Part shown: piece by piece, positions 50,742-61,400 of the stretch
How the letters are laid out: each line of letters begins with the position of its first letter
Position numbering within the stretch: the first letter of the stretch is position 1
Assembly: GCA_963663405.2 (NCBI GenBank)
Contig: CAXXSM010000053.1
Location: 1 to 64,000 of the forward strand
Length of the DNA stretch: 64,000 nucleotides
DNA from: a bacterium
GTDB taxonomy: Bacteria; Hinthialibacterota; Hinthialibacteria; Hinthialibacterales; Hinthialibacteraceae
Reading direction: 5' to 3'
The notes under the pieces: generated by a model
Database searches by the model: none
The model's input: only the letters and a program-made list of their open reading frames with translations
Told to the model about the DNA's origin: nothing
Position numbers and translations under genes: made by a program

Positions 50742-52892
50742 TTACTGCCAGATCGTTTGAATGTGACGAATTTCCAAGAATGGAACTGAAACGGATCGAT
50801 CGCTTGTGAACAGTTCGATCGATTGGACGTCCTTGCTTGATGGCAGGGCTTTGACGGGCATATAGATTTGACCGTGATTGGCGAAGATTTCGATCGATGT
50901 ACGGTCAACAAGAAGACGCAGGCGCAGTTTTCCATCGATTGGTTTCATAGCCGCTTTTTGCTTGCCGCATTGAAGTTCTTGTTTTCCGGCGTCATAGACG
51001 ATTGGTAAATCGCGGATTTTGAACCCAAAAACTGTGTCTTCCTTGATTTCAAATTCCGCTTCGATATCCAGCAGCTCTCCTGAAACATCCTTTAAGAGAT
51101 TTGCACCAGGTGTTAAAGTCTTGTTTTTCCATGTTTGTTTCCCCGTATAGAGAGTTTCAATCTCCTTGACGGGATTGGCGTACATCCGGACACCTTCCTC
51201 TGTTGTATGGAGCGATAAGCTGACTGGGAAGAGCATCATCTGGTTGAAAGGCATGCCCTCGGCGGGAATCTGTCCCCATGCGATTTGAATCCGTCTGCCA
51301 TCCTCTTCGGGGATGTTGTTATAGGTTTGCGACGCGTAGAAGCAGTCCCCGTAATGGAATCGGATCACACCGGTTTCCGGGTTGAATTTCTCCCCATCAA
51401 AGTGACCGATGAAGTATTCACCGGAACCGCCGTACAAGATCCATTTTTTGTTCGCTGGATCGCCATCCACGGGTAGTTCGAATAGTTCCGGGCACTCGTG
51501 AAACGATTTAATCTTGCTGTGGTAAGTCCATTCTTTCAGGTTATTCGAGGTGAAAAAGGCGATCTCTTTATCATCGAGGAAGAGAGCCATCGCCCATTGA
51601 TTCGTTGGCTCATGCCAGATGACTTTGGGATCGCGGTTGCCGCCAACGATATGGTTGATGATTGGATTGCCTTCGTATTTAGTCCATGTCCGGCCCCGGT
51701 CGCAGCTGTAGGCGATCGACTGGGTAAAGGGCTGACCTTCTGACATCGGATTCGTCCCCCCGGCGGATGTGTAAATACAGACGATGGGGCTTTCATCGCC
51801 GGTTTGAAATCCAGCGGTATTGTTTTTGTCAACGATGGCTGAACCGGAGAAGATCGTGCCTAGTTTGTCTGGATGAATCGCATCGGAGAGTTCCTTCCAA
51901 TGAACTAAGTCTTTACTAACCGCATGACCCCAGGTCATGTTGCCCCACGACCAGCCGTAGGGATTGTGTTGATAGAAGAGATGGTATTCACCTTTGTAAT
52001 ATACCAATCCGTTCGGATCGTTGTTCCAGCCTCGTTTAGAGGAAAAATGAAATTGGGGACGCAGTGTTTCTTTATAGATCGTTTCCGCATTTTTAATTTG
52101 ATTTCCCTGGGTGATGGAATCTAATAATTTAGGCGGATCACCGCGAAACTGTTGTGTCTGGAGAATTACGTTTTTACCCTTAAATTCACTCCCATCAAGG
52201 AACACCCAAAAATCCGGTTCGTTCACAGCGAATTCAATCTCAAATTCTCGCACTGATTGTTCACCGATGAGGAGTTTCACCAGTCGTTTTTTCCCTTTAT
52301 TTTTAACGGGGAAATGGAGATAGCGATCGGTAAGTTTAATCGTCCTTTGGAAATCTTCTAACGTGGCTTTGTATTTTGTATCGCTTTGAATGATCTGATC
52401 AATGTTGATATGCCCCCAACCTCCTGCCCGGTTGTCGATGATCTGGATTTGCGCTTGTTGACCAGTGAATTCGGATACATCCCAACTATGCCAATCGAGC
52501 ATTTCAGAACCGCCAGGCTCTTTGTTGGGTCCCACAGCCGTTCGTACAACTTTGCCGTCTACAAGCAGATCGATACAGGTTTCTTCAGGATACCCGCCAC
52601 CACCGATTAGAAAATTGATGTAGCTACGCTCGATTTGAAAGGAAGGGGACGTCAGGACGCCTTTTGAGTTGTCTCCATTGTAGAAAGAATTAACCAGTCC
52701 TTCTCCTTCATAACCGGAGACTTCCATCTGGCCGGGAAGTGTTCCATTGGCCGGGCTGGGGCCGAACGCTTCGCCTTCGGCCGTCCAAGCGCCATAATCC
52801 TTTCCTTCGAAATCTGCGATGAGTATATCCTCCGCGGCGTACGGCGCTAAACTAATTGATAAAAACAGAAAAACCGGCAAGAATTTTTTCAT
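50742..52892 (-). CDS. GH32 levanase/beta-fructofuranosidase-like enzyme with extra N-terminal domain
   Basis: RPQFHFS...WNNDPNG, FSGSA, RDPKV, ECPEL, FYASQTY, VDRTSIEIF; signal peptide. Confidence 0.9.
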   Translation of the reverse strand: MKKFLPVFLFLSISLAPYAAEDILIADFEGKDYGAWTAEGEAFGPSPANGTLPGQMEVSGYEGEGLVNSFYNGDNSKGVLTSPSFQIERSYINFLIGGGGYPEETCIDLLVDGKVVRTAVGPNKEPGGSEMLDWHSWDVSEFTGQQAQIQIIDNRAGGWGHINIDQIIQSDTKYKATLEDFQRTIKLTDRYLHFPVKNKGKKRLVKLLIGEQSVREFEIEFAVNEPDFWVFLDGSEFKGKNVILQTQQFRGDPPKLLDSITQGNQIKNAETIYKETLRPQFHFSSKRGWNNDPNGLVYYKGEYHLFYQHNPYGWSWGNMTWGHAVSKDLVHWKELSDAIHPDKLGTIFSGSAIVDKNNTAGFQTGDESPIVCIYTSAGGTNPMSEGQPFTQSIAYSCDRGRTWTKYEGNPIINHIVGGNRDPKVIWHEPTNQWAMALFLDDKEIAFFTSNNLKEWTYHSKIKSFHECPELFELPVDGDPANKKWILYGGSGEYFIGHFDGEKFNPETGVIRFHYGDCFYASQTYNNIPEEDGRRIQIAWGQIPAEGMPFNQMMLFPVSLSLHTTEEGVRMYANPVKEIETLYTGKQTWKNKTLTPGANLLKDVSGELLDIEAEFEIKEDTVFGFKIRDLPIVYDAGKQELQCGKQKAAMKPIDGKLRLRLLVDRTSIEIFANHGQIYMPVKALPSSKDVQSIELFTSDRSVSVPFLEIRHIQTIWQ

Positions 52893-53066
52893 TATTCTGA
52901 TTCCTTCAGTAGCTGGATTGATCCTTATTATGACACTAGTGGGCTAGAATCGTAAACGGGATTGGGTTATCGATTTAACGAAAACATATTGGATATTAAT
53001 ACGTATTGCTTTATAGTATAATTGAATTTGTTTTCCTTGTATCATTCATCCATAGGAGGCTCCTTG

Positions 53067-53633
53067 ATGAAGAAGTACCACCATGTTGGAGAGTGCAAGC
53101 AAACCGCTTTTACGTTAATTGAGTTATTAATCGTCGTCGCGATTATAGGGATTCTGGCCGCGATCGCGGTTCCCAACTTTTTGCAGGCGCAGATTCGAGC
53201 GAAGATCGCGCGCGTTCAGGCCGATCATCGCGCTTTGGCCACAGCGGAAAATATGTACCGACTTGATAACAATACGTTTCACCTTCACCGGCATACGGCA
53301 TGGCAGCATGTGCCGCTGACGACGCCTGTCTCGTATTTGAGTTTCTGGCCGATTGATCCGTTTCAGGAAAAGATCCCCGAAAGTGAAAAACAGATCGCCC
53401 CTTACGCCAAACTGACCATTCATTGGGAGCCAATCATGAGTTTTGAAGCCAGCCGGGCGGCTGGCTATATTGAAAAGTATCCCCAATATGTTGGATGGAA
53501 TGTCAGCGCAGGGCCGGGGACGGAGAGCGGGACCTATGATATGACCAATGGATTATTCAGCGATGGAAACATCACTACCTTTGTCGGCGGAAACGCGAAA
53601 TCCGATTACCGGCAGGAATGGTGGCATCAGTAA
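53067..53633 (+). CDS. Type IV pilin/pseudopilin-like protein, paralog of 39614..40189
   Basis: AGGAGG RBS; TA^FTLIELLIVVAIIGILAAIAVPNF; LTTPVSY, PIDPF, YDMTNGLFSDGNI. Confidence 0.88.
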   Translation: MKKYHHVGECKQTAFTLIELLIVVAIIGILAAIAVPNFLQAQIRAKIARVQADHRALATAENMYRLDNNTFHLHRHTAWQHVPLTTPVSYLSFWPIDPFQEKIPESEKQIAPYAKLTIHWEPIMSFEASRAAGYIEKYPQYVGWNVSAGPGTESGTYDMTNGLFSDGNITTFVGGNAKSDYRQEWWHQ

Positions 53634-53817
53634 ATAAATAGGCGTTATATCACTCACCTTGATATAGAGCGAATTTGATTTGACGAATTCATTCCCCGCA
53701 ATGACTCGTACAATCCTACAGTTCTCCCTTTGAAAATACTGTTTTAGCTTTCACTCCGCGCTGGAACGGCCTTATTATATTAAAAATAATTATATGCGAT
53801 TATGATGGAGGAGATTT

Positions 53818-55520
53818 ATGGAATCCAGCGGCGCTGTGGTAACGCTAAATTATTTTGAATTGATCACCGGGCTGATCGGTGGTTTGGCTCTCTTCTTGTT
53901 TGGAATGGATCAGCTGACGAATTCCATGAAGATGGCCGCCGGTTCGGGGATGAAGAATCTGCTCGCTCGTATGACCTCGAACCGGATTAAGGCGGCGGTT
54001 TCGGGCGCGGTTGTGACGGCCGTTGTGAATTCCTCCTCCGTGACCACGGTTCTCGTTGTCGGTTTTGTCTCGGCTGGATTGATCTCTCTGCCACAGTCGA
54101 TTGGAGTCATTCTTGGAGCAAATGTCGGCTCAACGATCACGGCCCAGATCGTCGCTTTCAACGTAACCCACTATTCGTTGCTTATGATCGCCACAGGATT
54201 TTTTCTCCCGGTTTTCGTCCGCTGGGAGAAGGCCCGGCATTATGGACTTATGATCCTGGGATTGGGATTACTGTTTTTAGGCATGTCACAAATGAGCGGC
54301 GCGGCGCGGCCGTTACGATCTTATCCACCGTTTATCAATCTAATGGCCCAGATGGAAACTCCTTTATTGGGAATTGCGGTGGGGGCGCTCTTTACCGCTG
54401 TCATTCAGAGTTCGGGAGCTACGACAGGTATTATTATCGTGCTGGCGAGTCAGGGATTCGTGACTTTGGAAGCGGGGATCGCATTGGCGTTCGGTGCCAA
54501 CATCGGCACATGTGTCACCGCTTTGCTGGCGTCGATCGGCAAACCGAGAGAGGCTGTACAAGCCGCCGTCGTCCATATCTCTTTCAATGTGATCGGCGTG
54601 ATCATCTGGCTGGCGTGGATCGATCAACTCGCCGACTTCGTGCGGTGGATTTCTCCCTCCGCTCCACAATTGGAAGGTATGGCGAGACTGCGCGCAGAGT
54701 GCCCCCGGCAGATCGCCAATGCGCACACTGCGTTCAATATCTTCAATACGCTTCTCTTTCTTGGATTTACGAAGCCGCTCGCCCGATTCGTCGAACATGT
54801 GATACCGCCACGGAGGAAAAAAGAAACCAGCCGTTCCCAACCCAAATATTTGAACGAGACATTGTTGGAATCACCCGATATCGCGTTGTATTACGTTCGG
54901 TTGGAAATGGAGCGATTGGGTCGGTTGGTTCTTCCCATGATGGAACGGATTCCCACCGCGACGCTTCATGGTTCCCAGCGGGAATTGGAGACAATCGCGG
55001 ATATGGACGATGATATTGACGATTTGCATAACACGATTATCACGTTTTTGGGAAAATCTCACGGCAGTCACTCACGAATAAACAGTCGGATGAAATTCAT
55101 AATTACGCCGTGATCGCGAATTATTATGAGAACATTGGAGATACAATCGAGACGAATATGGTAGCGGCGGGCCTGGAGCGAATCGGACGCGGGATCCAGA
55201 TCAGTGATTCCACGTTGCGTATTTTGCAGCCGCTTTTCGAAAAAGCGTATTGGGCTGTCGAGCAATCGGCGTTCTGTCTATCGGGGGGCGCTTCAGTGAT
55301 CGCGGAACGGATCATCGCTGCGAAACCGGAAATTTATAACCTGACTGCGGAAGCGCAAAACCATTTACTCAAACGGCTTACCGCCGATCAGCCCCACCGG
55401 ATTGAATCCTTCCGGATTGAAACCGATATCATTGACAATCTGAACCGGCTTTATTATTTTGCGAAACGAATCGCTAAGATGATTCTTGAGTTCGATACAA
55501 ACCACGTTCGGCCGGATTGA
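53818..55520 (+). CDS. Na/Pi cotransporter family protein with PhoU-like C-terminus (one frameshift near 55053-55056)
   Basis: GGLALFLFGM, VTAVVNSSS, GANVGST, IQSSGAT, GANIGTC, RQIANAHTAFN. Adding one A restores FLGKISRQSL...IANYYENIGD. Confidence 0.85.
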
Positions 55521-55589
55521 CGCGGCGCCTATCGTAGTTTCTGATTTTTATGTACTCTTTTCCTAATTTACAAAAGGAGGATTCTTTCT

Positions 55590-58352
55590 ATGCGCAATAA
55601 TTATTCTTCCACTCTTTTACTTATCATGGCGCTAATCATTGGTTTCTGCCCCTGGGCTTTGGCGCAAGCGTCAGAGAATTCGGCTTCCCTTGCCATTGAT
55701 GGATTGCGTTGTGAGTATCTTGAAAATCCGTTGGGAATCGATACCGCGCATCCCCGGTTGAGTTGGAAACTGATCGCCAAAGATCCCCAGGCGCGTGGAT
55801 GTAAACAAACAGCGTATCGGATTCTTGTCGCTTCCAATCAATCCCTGCTGGAGAAGGAGCAGGCCGATCTGTGGGATTCCGGAGTTGTAGTTTCCTGTCA
55901 ATCCGTCCATGTGGCGTATAAGGGAAAAGCCCTTACGTCCGGTATGGATTGTTATTGGAAAGTGAAAGTCGTCGATGAAAATGGGCTTGCGTCCGCTTGG
56001 AGCGCGCCGGGCCGCTGGACAATGGGATTGTTATATTCATCTGACTGGAAAGCGGAATGGATTGGGATCGAAGATCAGTTCGAACGGAAACAAGGCTGGC
56101 CCCCACCCGACAACACTATCCCTGATCCCTGGTTCCGAAAGGTGTTCACACTTGATCGAGAGCCAACACGCGCGTTTCTCTACTTGGCTTCCATCGGCTA
56201 CCACGAACTCTATGTAAACGGCCAAAAAATAAGCGATGATGTACTCGTCCCCAGCGTCGCCAACCATCGTAAACGCGCCCGCTATATTACCTATGAAATC
56301 ACCGATTTTCTGCAAAAAGGAAAAAATGTGATCGGTGTGTGGATGGGTCTTTCTTGGTCGATTTATGAGCATTATAAGACGGAGAATAAACCCCAATGCC
56401 CTATTTTTATTGCGCAGGCGGATATTGATCTCGGTCCGGATGAGCGCGTGCAGATCCTTTCCGACGCCAGTTGGAAGACGCATCCCAGCCCAAACACGCT
56501 GCTGGGAGTCTGGAATTTTATGCACTTCGGCGGTGAACTCTACGACGCCAATCAAGAAATCCCCAATTGGAACGCTCTCGATCTAGATGATTCGAATTGG
56601 AAACCTGTAACGGTCTACTCTCCTGACGTGGAACTCTCCGCCGAGATGATTGAACCGAACCGGATTATCAAAGAAATCCATCCCATCGCCATTCGCGAGG
56701 TGGCCGAGAAGATCTATCGGATTGATATGGGCGTGAATCTCAATGGGTGGTTTGAAATGGATCTATCCGGCGCGCCTGGACAGCGGATCGAATTTCAGTT
56801 CTCTGAACGGAAGGATCAACCGATGACGCACCGGCTGCGCAGCGCGTATATCCTTGGATCATCGGGCAAAGGTACGTTCCGGAATCATTTCAATTATTTC
56901 TCAGGCCGCTGGATTCAGATCGAAGGGCTTTCTTACAAACCTTCGATTCGAGATATCCGCTGCTATTTAATCCGGACTGATTATGAACGGGCGGGATTCT
57001 TTGAATGCTCTGATGAATTATTAAACCGGATTTATGAGACAACGCTTTGGACGTTTGAAAACCTCAGCCTGGGCGGGTATGTCGTCGATTGCCCACACCG
57101 GGAACGGATGGGATACGGTGGTGACGCGCACGCTACGACCAACACCGGTCTGACCAACTACAACCTTGGCGCTTTTTATACGAAATGGAATCAAGACTGG
57201 TGGGACACGCAGGATGATAAAGGCAATCTTCCCTATACGGCGCCGACGTTTTGGGGCGGGGGCGGACCCGCATGGAGTGGTTTTTGTGTCACGCTGCCCT
57301 GGGAAATCTACCACCGGTATGGAGATATCCGCATCCTCAAAGAAAGTTATCCAGTCATTGAACGCTGGCTGGCGTTTCTGGATTCCCAATCGAAAGATGA
57401 TTTGTTAGTGCGCTGGGGAGGGGAATGGGATTTTCTTGGAGACTGGCTCTGGCCCGGCGCCCAAGGGACAAACGGGGATACGCGTGAAACTCTCTTTTTG
57501 AATAATTGCTATTGGGTGTATAACCTTCAAACTGCGGCGAAGATTGCGGATATTATTGGATTCAACCAGAACGCCGTCCGGTACCGCCGGCGCGCGGAAA
57601 CGATTAAGCAAGCGATTCAAAGCCAATTCTTCTACACATCCGACGCGAGTTACGCGAACGGTTTTCAAGCGTATCAAGCCGTTGCGTTGTTGATTGATCT
57701 GCCACCGGAAGAATTGCGCGAAGCGGTGTGGAAACGGCTCGAAGATGAGATTTTGATTTACCGGAAGGGACACATTCACGCCGGGATTACTGGTGGCGCG
57801 CTGCTGTTTAAAACGCTGTTAGCCAACGAGCGCAGCGATCTGATTTACGAAATGGCTGCGCAGCGGGATTATCCCGGTTGGGGAGATATGCTTGCGCGTG
57901 GAGCCACAACCTTTTGGGAAGCGTGGGACGGCAGTAACTCGCATTTACATAGTTCGTATCTGTTTATCGGAACCTGGTTCCTGCAAGAACTGGGTGGGAT
58001 CAAAATCCCCGCTGACAAAGCGGGATTTCAACAATTTGTCATTAAACCGGCGCCGCCGGAATCTTCCTTGCGCAATGTCTCTACCCGCTATGAATCGATG
58101 TACGGCCCGATTGTCTCGGATTGGCGGATCAATAGGAACCGATACTCTTTGAAGGTTACTATTCCTCCCAATACCACTGCTTCGGTCTATGTTCTCTCTG
58201 GTAAAGAGGCGTCGATAACGGAAAGTGATAAACCTCTTGCCGAATCCAAAGGTGTGGAATTGGCTGGAAAAGAAGGGGCGTATACGATACTGAATCTCGT
58301 CCCTGGGACGTATTCCTTTGTGTCGCTTTTAGATGAAAATGAGTCTAGATAA
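55590..58352 (+). CDS. GH78 alpha-L-rhamnosidase family
   Basis: LRCEYLENPLGID..PRLSW, DLWDSG, GYHELYVNG, DCPHRERMGYGGD, GATTFWEAW, SMYGPIVSDW, IPPNTTA. Confidence 0.9.
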   Translation: MRNNYSSTLLLIMALIIGFCPWALAQASENSASLAIDGLRCEYLENPLGIDTAHPRLSWKLIAKDPQARGCKQTAYRILVASNQSLLEKEQADLWDSGVVVSCQSVHVAYKGKALTSGMDCYWKVKVVDENGLASAWSAPGRWTMGLLYSSDWKAEWIGIEDQFERKQGWPPPDNTIPDPWFRKVFTLDREPTRAFLYLASIGYHELYVNGQKISDDVLVPSVANHRKRARYITYEITDFLQKGKNVIGVWMGLSWSIYEHYKTENKPQCPIFIAQADIDLGPDERVQILSDASWKTHPSPNTLLGVWNFMHFGGELYDANQEIPNWNALDLDDSNWKPVTVYSPDVELSAEMIEPNRIIKEIHPIAIREVAEKIYRIDMGVNLNGWFEMDLSGAPGQRIEFQFSERKDQPMTHRLRSAYILGSSGKGTFRNHFNYFSGRWIQIEGLSYKPSIRDIRCYLIRTDYERAGFFECSDELLNRIYETTLWTFENLSLGGYVVDCPHRERMGYGGDAHATTNTGLTNYNLGAFYTKWNQDWWDTQDDKGNLPYTAPTFWGGGGPAWSGFCVTLPWEIYHRYGDIRILKESYPVIERWLAFLDSQSKDDLLVRWGGEWDFLGDWLWPGAQGTNGDTRETLFLNNCYWVYNLQTAAKIADIIGFNQNAVRYRRRAETIKQAIQSQFFYTSDASYANGFQAYQAVALLIDLPPEELREAVWKRLEDEILIYRKGHIHAGITGGALLFKTLLANERSDLIYEMAAQRDYPGWGDMLARGATTFWEAWDGSNSHLHSSYLFIGTWFLQELGGIKIPADKAGFQQFVIKPAPPESSLRNVSTRYESMYGPIVSDWRINRNRYSLKVTIPPNTTASVYVLSGKEASITESDKPLAESKGVELAGKEGAYTILNLVPGTYSFVSLLDENESR

Positions 58353-58431
58353 CTATCTCAATCGCAATTTCTTCCGCGACTCATTTTCATTTGCAGTTGT
58401 GATCTCAATCATGCTAGTTTGGATGAGTGAA
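58334..58431. repeat. Dispersed palindromic element, copy 2
   Basis: TGAAAATGAGTC (58334-58345) ... GACTCATTTTCA (58378-58389), 32-nt spacer, tail TTTGCAGTTGTG...ATCATGCTAGTTT. Confidence 0.7.
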
Positions 58432-58478
58432 AGGTGAATTTTTAAAATCGCTAGCTGTGCGTGTCTAATACCGTTCGA

Positions 58479-61400
58479 TCAATATAGCCGCCATCCCCGC
58501 GCGGCGGGTATATCCTGAACCGAACTGGATTGAATCCACAACGTGCAAGGCGCCGGTTCATCAGATAAGTTGCTGAGGAAAATGTAATAGACGCCGTTCT
58601 CTAGCATCAAGTCGTTCGCGCCCGTCCGGTCGAAATGGGCCGAGACGGGCGATCCGGCTTCATGCCGGGGTGGCGTAACATCGATCCAGGTCTCTCCGTT
58701 GTAAATCCAAATATCCCGCAGCCGGTTTTGGTCCCATTCTTCCATATCCGGTAATTCTTTTCCAAAACCGCTATATAGAACGAGAACGTTTCTGCTCGTG
58801 TCATAAACCATCTGGGAGCGGCTGCGCGCCGGTGGCTTTGTTGCGGGATTCAATTCAGTCCATTGTCCACCATCCCATTCCCACATATCGTCCAGTTGTT
58901 CTTCGTCTGCGAATCCACCGAAGAGAACGACACGTTCCCGGATGGGATCATAGGCCATACAGTGATATTTCCGCGCGGAAGGGCTGACTCCAGGAGAGAT
59001 TTCTCTCCATCCCCGGTCATCGTAGAGCCATGTGTCATCAAAGAGGACGTCATCGTCTTCACTGCCGCCGAAGAGGACAACTTCTCCACGGGCGGCGTCA
59101 TAGACCATTTGATGGCCGAAACGGGGCGCTGGCGCGTCGGATGTAGAGATGGATCGCCATTGTCTATCTTTCCATTCCACGTGTCGTTAAGATTAAAATC
59201 GTCCGAATCCACTCCACCAAAGAGAACCACAGCGCCGCGCTGAGAATCGAACGCCATTTGATGAGCGATGCGCGCGGTGGGTGAGGTAGAGGGAATCAGT
59301 TCGGCCCATTGCGCGCCATCCCATTCCCATGTGTCGCAATGGAATGTATAGTCATCGTCATGGCCGCCGAACAGAATCGTTTTCTTCTGGATGGAATCAT
59401 AAGCCATGGCGTGCGTGCTTCGAGCAAATGGGAATGTGGTTTGACGCAGAAGAGTCCAGCGCTCACCATCCCACTCCCATGTGTCATTCATCATATGATC
59501 ACTGACCCAGCCTCCGAAAAGGCAGGTTTTTTGCCGTTCTTGATCGTATACAAGAGCAAAGTTACGTCGTGGTTCCGGATCGGGCGTTCCAAAGATGATT
59601 TGATCTCCAAAATCGACCCGTAATCCCATTGATTGAGGGCCGTCTGGGGTAACCGTGATGGTTAGATCCTCGATGCTTTCGTCCACTTTTACGGAGAACG
59701 GATATAAAAATGGCGATCGGTTTTTCGAACCGATCGCGGCTCGTAAAGGAGAACCAATCGCCATAATATGGCTGTGCCGCTCCCGATCTCGATCCTGTTC
59801 GGTGTCTAGAAGATCGCAGATGAATTCAATCGGTGTATCCTCTCCCGCACGGACTTCAACAAGTGAAAGGCGGCTGCCTCGATACTCTGATAGTGAAACG
59901 TTTTCATTGTAAAACTGTGAGCGGGGCGGATCAGTGAAGGCGGCGCATCCTGGATAGGAGGAATGAACGCCGACATCGCTGCCTTCAGTATGAAATCGCT
60001 TTACCGGTTCGATCCAGACTTCATATTCACCAGGGGGCAGACCGGGCAGGCGGAAATCACCCGTGTACGTTTCAAGTTCGTCCGTCATGACGGTGACTGC
60101 GGTTCCCAGCCGGTCGCCGATCAAACGCGCTGCAACGATTCCTCCAAGCACAGGCCGTCCATCAGTAAAAACCGCCTGTCCTGTGATAGCGCCGAAATTA
60201 CGTTCAAATGTTCCATCTTCCGATGGATACAAACTCGATAAGGAAACATGGTCATCATGGTGTAAGATCACGCCTCCCTCATACATATCCGCTGAAAACG
60301 GATACATTAATGGAACATAAATATCATCCTCTCCATAGCCATCCGTTTCGATATGTTCGTTCAGTTGAGAGTGCGTTAATCCAAGGAAATGACCGAATTC
60401 ATGAGCGATGGTATGCGTCAGTTCCGTAATCTGTAATTCATCCTCTTGTTCAATGGACCAGCCATTAAGGAACAGCCACCCCGCCGTGATCTCATCTTTT
60501 TCATAACGGTTGGAGGCGAAACCAAGTGTAGTCTCCTTGGCTCCCTCTCCTTCGAAGAGATCGATCAAATCACCGTGTTCATCAAAGACGACTGGATTAA
60601 TCCCTTCATCGAATAAACGTTCACGAAGGTTGATGAAAGAATCGTCATTGGATTCCATTTCGGTCCAGTTCGTTCCATCCCACGTCCATGTGTCCCCTAG
60701 CATTTCTTCCGCCGTCTGTCCACCGTATAAGACTGTACAATTCCGGACCTCGTCAAATGCGATGGCGGGGGAGACTCGAGCGGGGATATCCGGATTCGAT
60801 TGTTTCTTGACCCATTTACTCCCATTCCAACTCCATAGATCGTTTAAGAGACCATCAACTCCATAGCCCCCGAAGAGCAGAAAAAGATTTCGCTCTGAAT
60901 CGTAGGTGACATCGAATCTCGAACAGGCTGGAGGCCGGCTTGAGCCAAAAAGAGGAACTTGCGTCCAACGGGAGCCATTCCATTGCCAAAAATCGCTGTA
61001 TACATAGATTTGATCTTCTCCACCGAAGAGCAGAACCATCTTACGCGAGGGATCGTAAAATAATCTATGGCCCGAACGGGCGTCCGGCGGACTGGTTGGT
61101 GTGGCGTCACGCCACGATTCCCCATCCCAAATCCATGTATCCCTTAAATATTCCGTCTCTGTCTCTCCACCAAATAGGACGATCTCTTTCCGTTCTTCAT
61201 CATAGGCCATCGATATTGAACATCTGGGTTCTGGATTGATTTTCGGTGTCACGTCCGTCCACGTTTCTCCATCCCAGATCCAGGTATCGTTCAGTAAATC
61301 GTTCACTCCATACCCGCCAAACAGGACCCAGTTCTCCCGCTCTTTGTCGTAAGCGAGCCCAAAGGAATCCCGCGCCGGCGGGCCTTCCTCAAATGGGATG

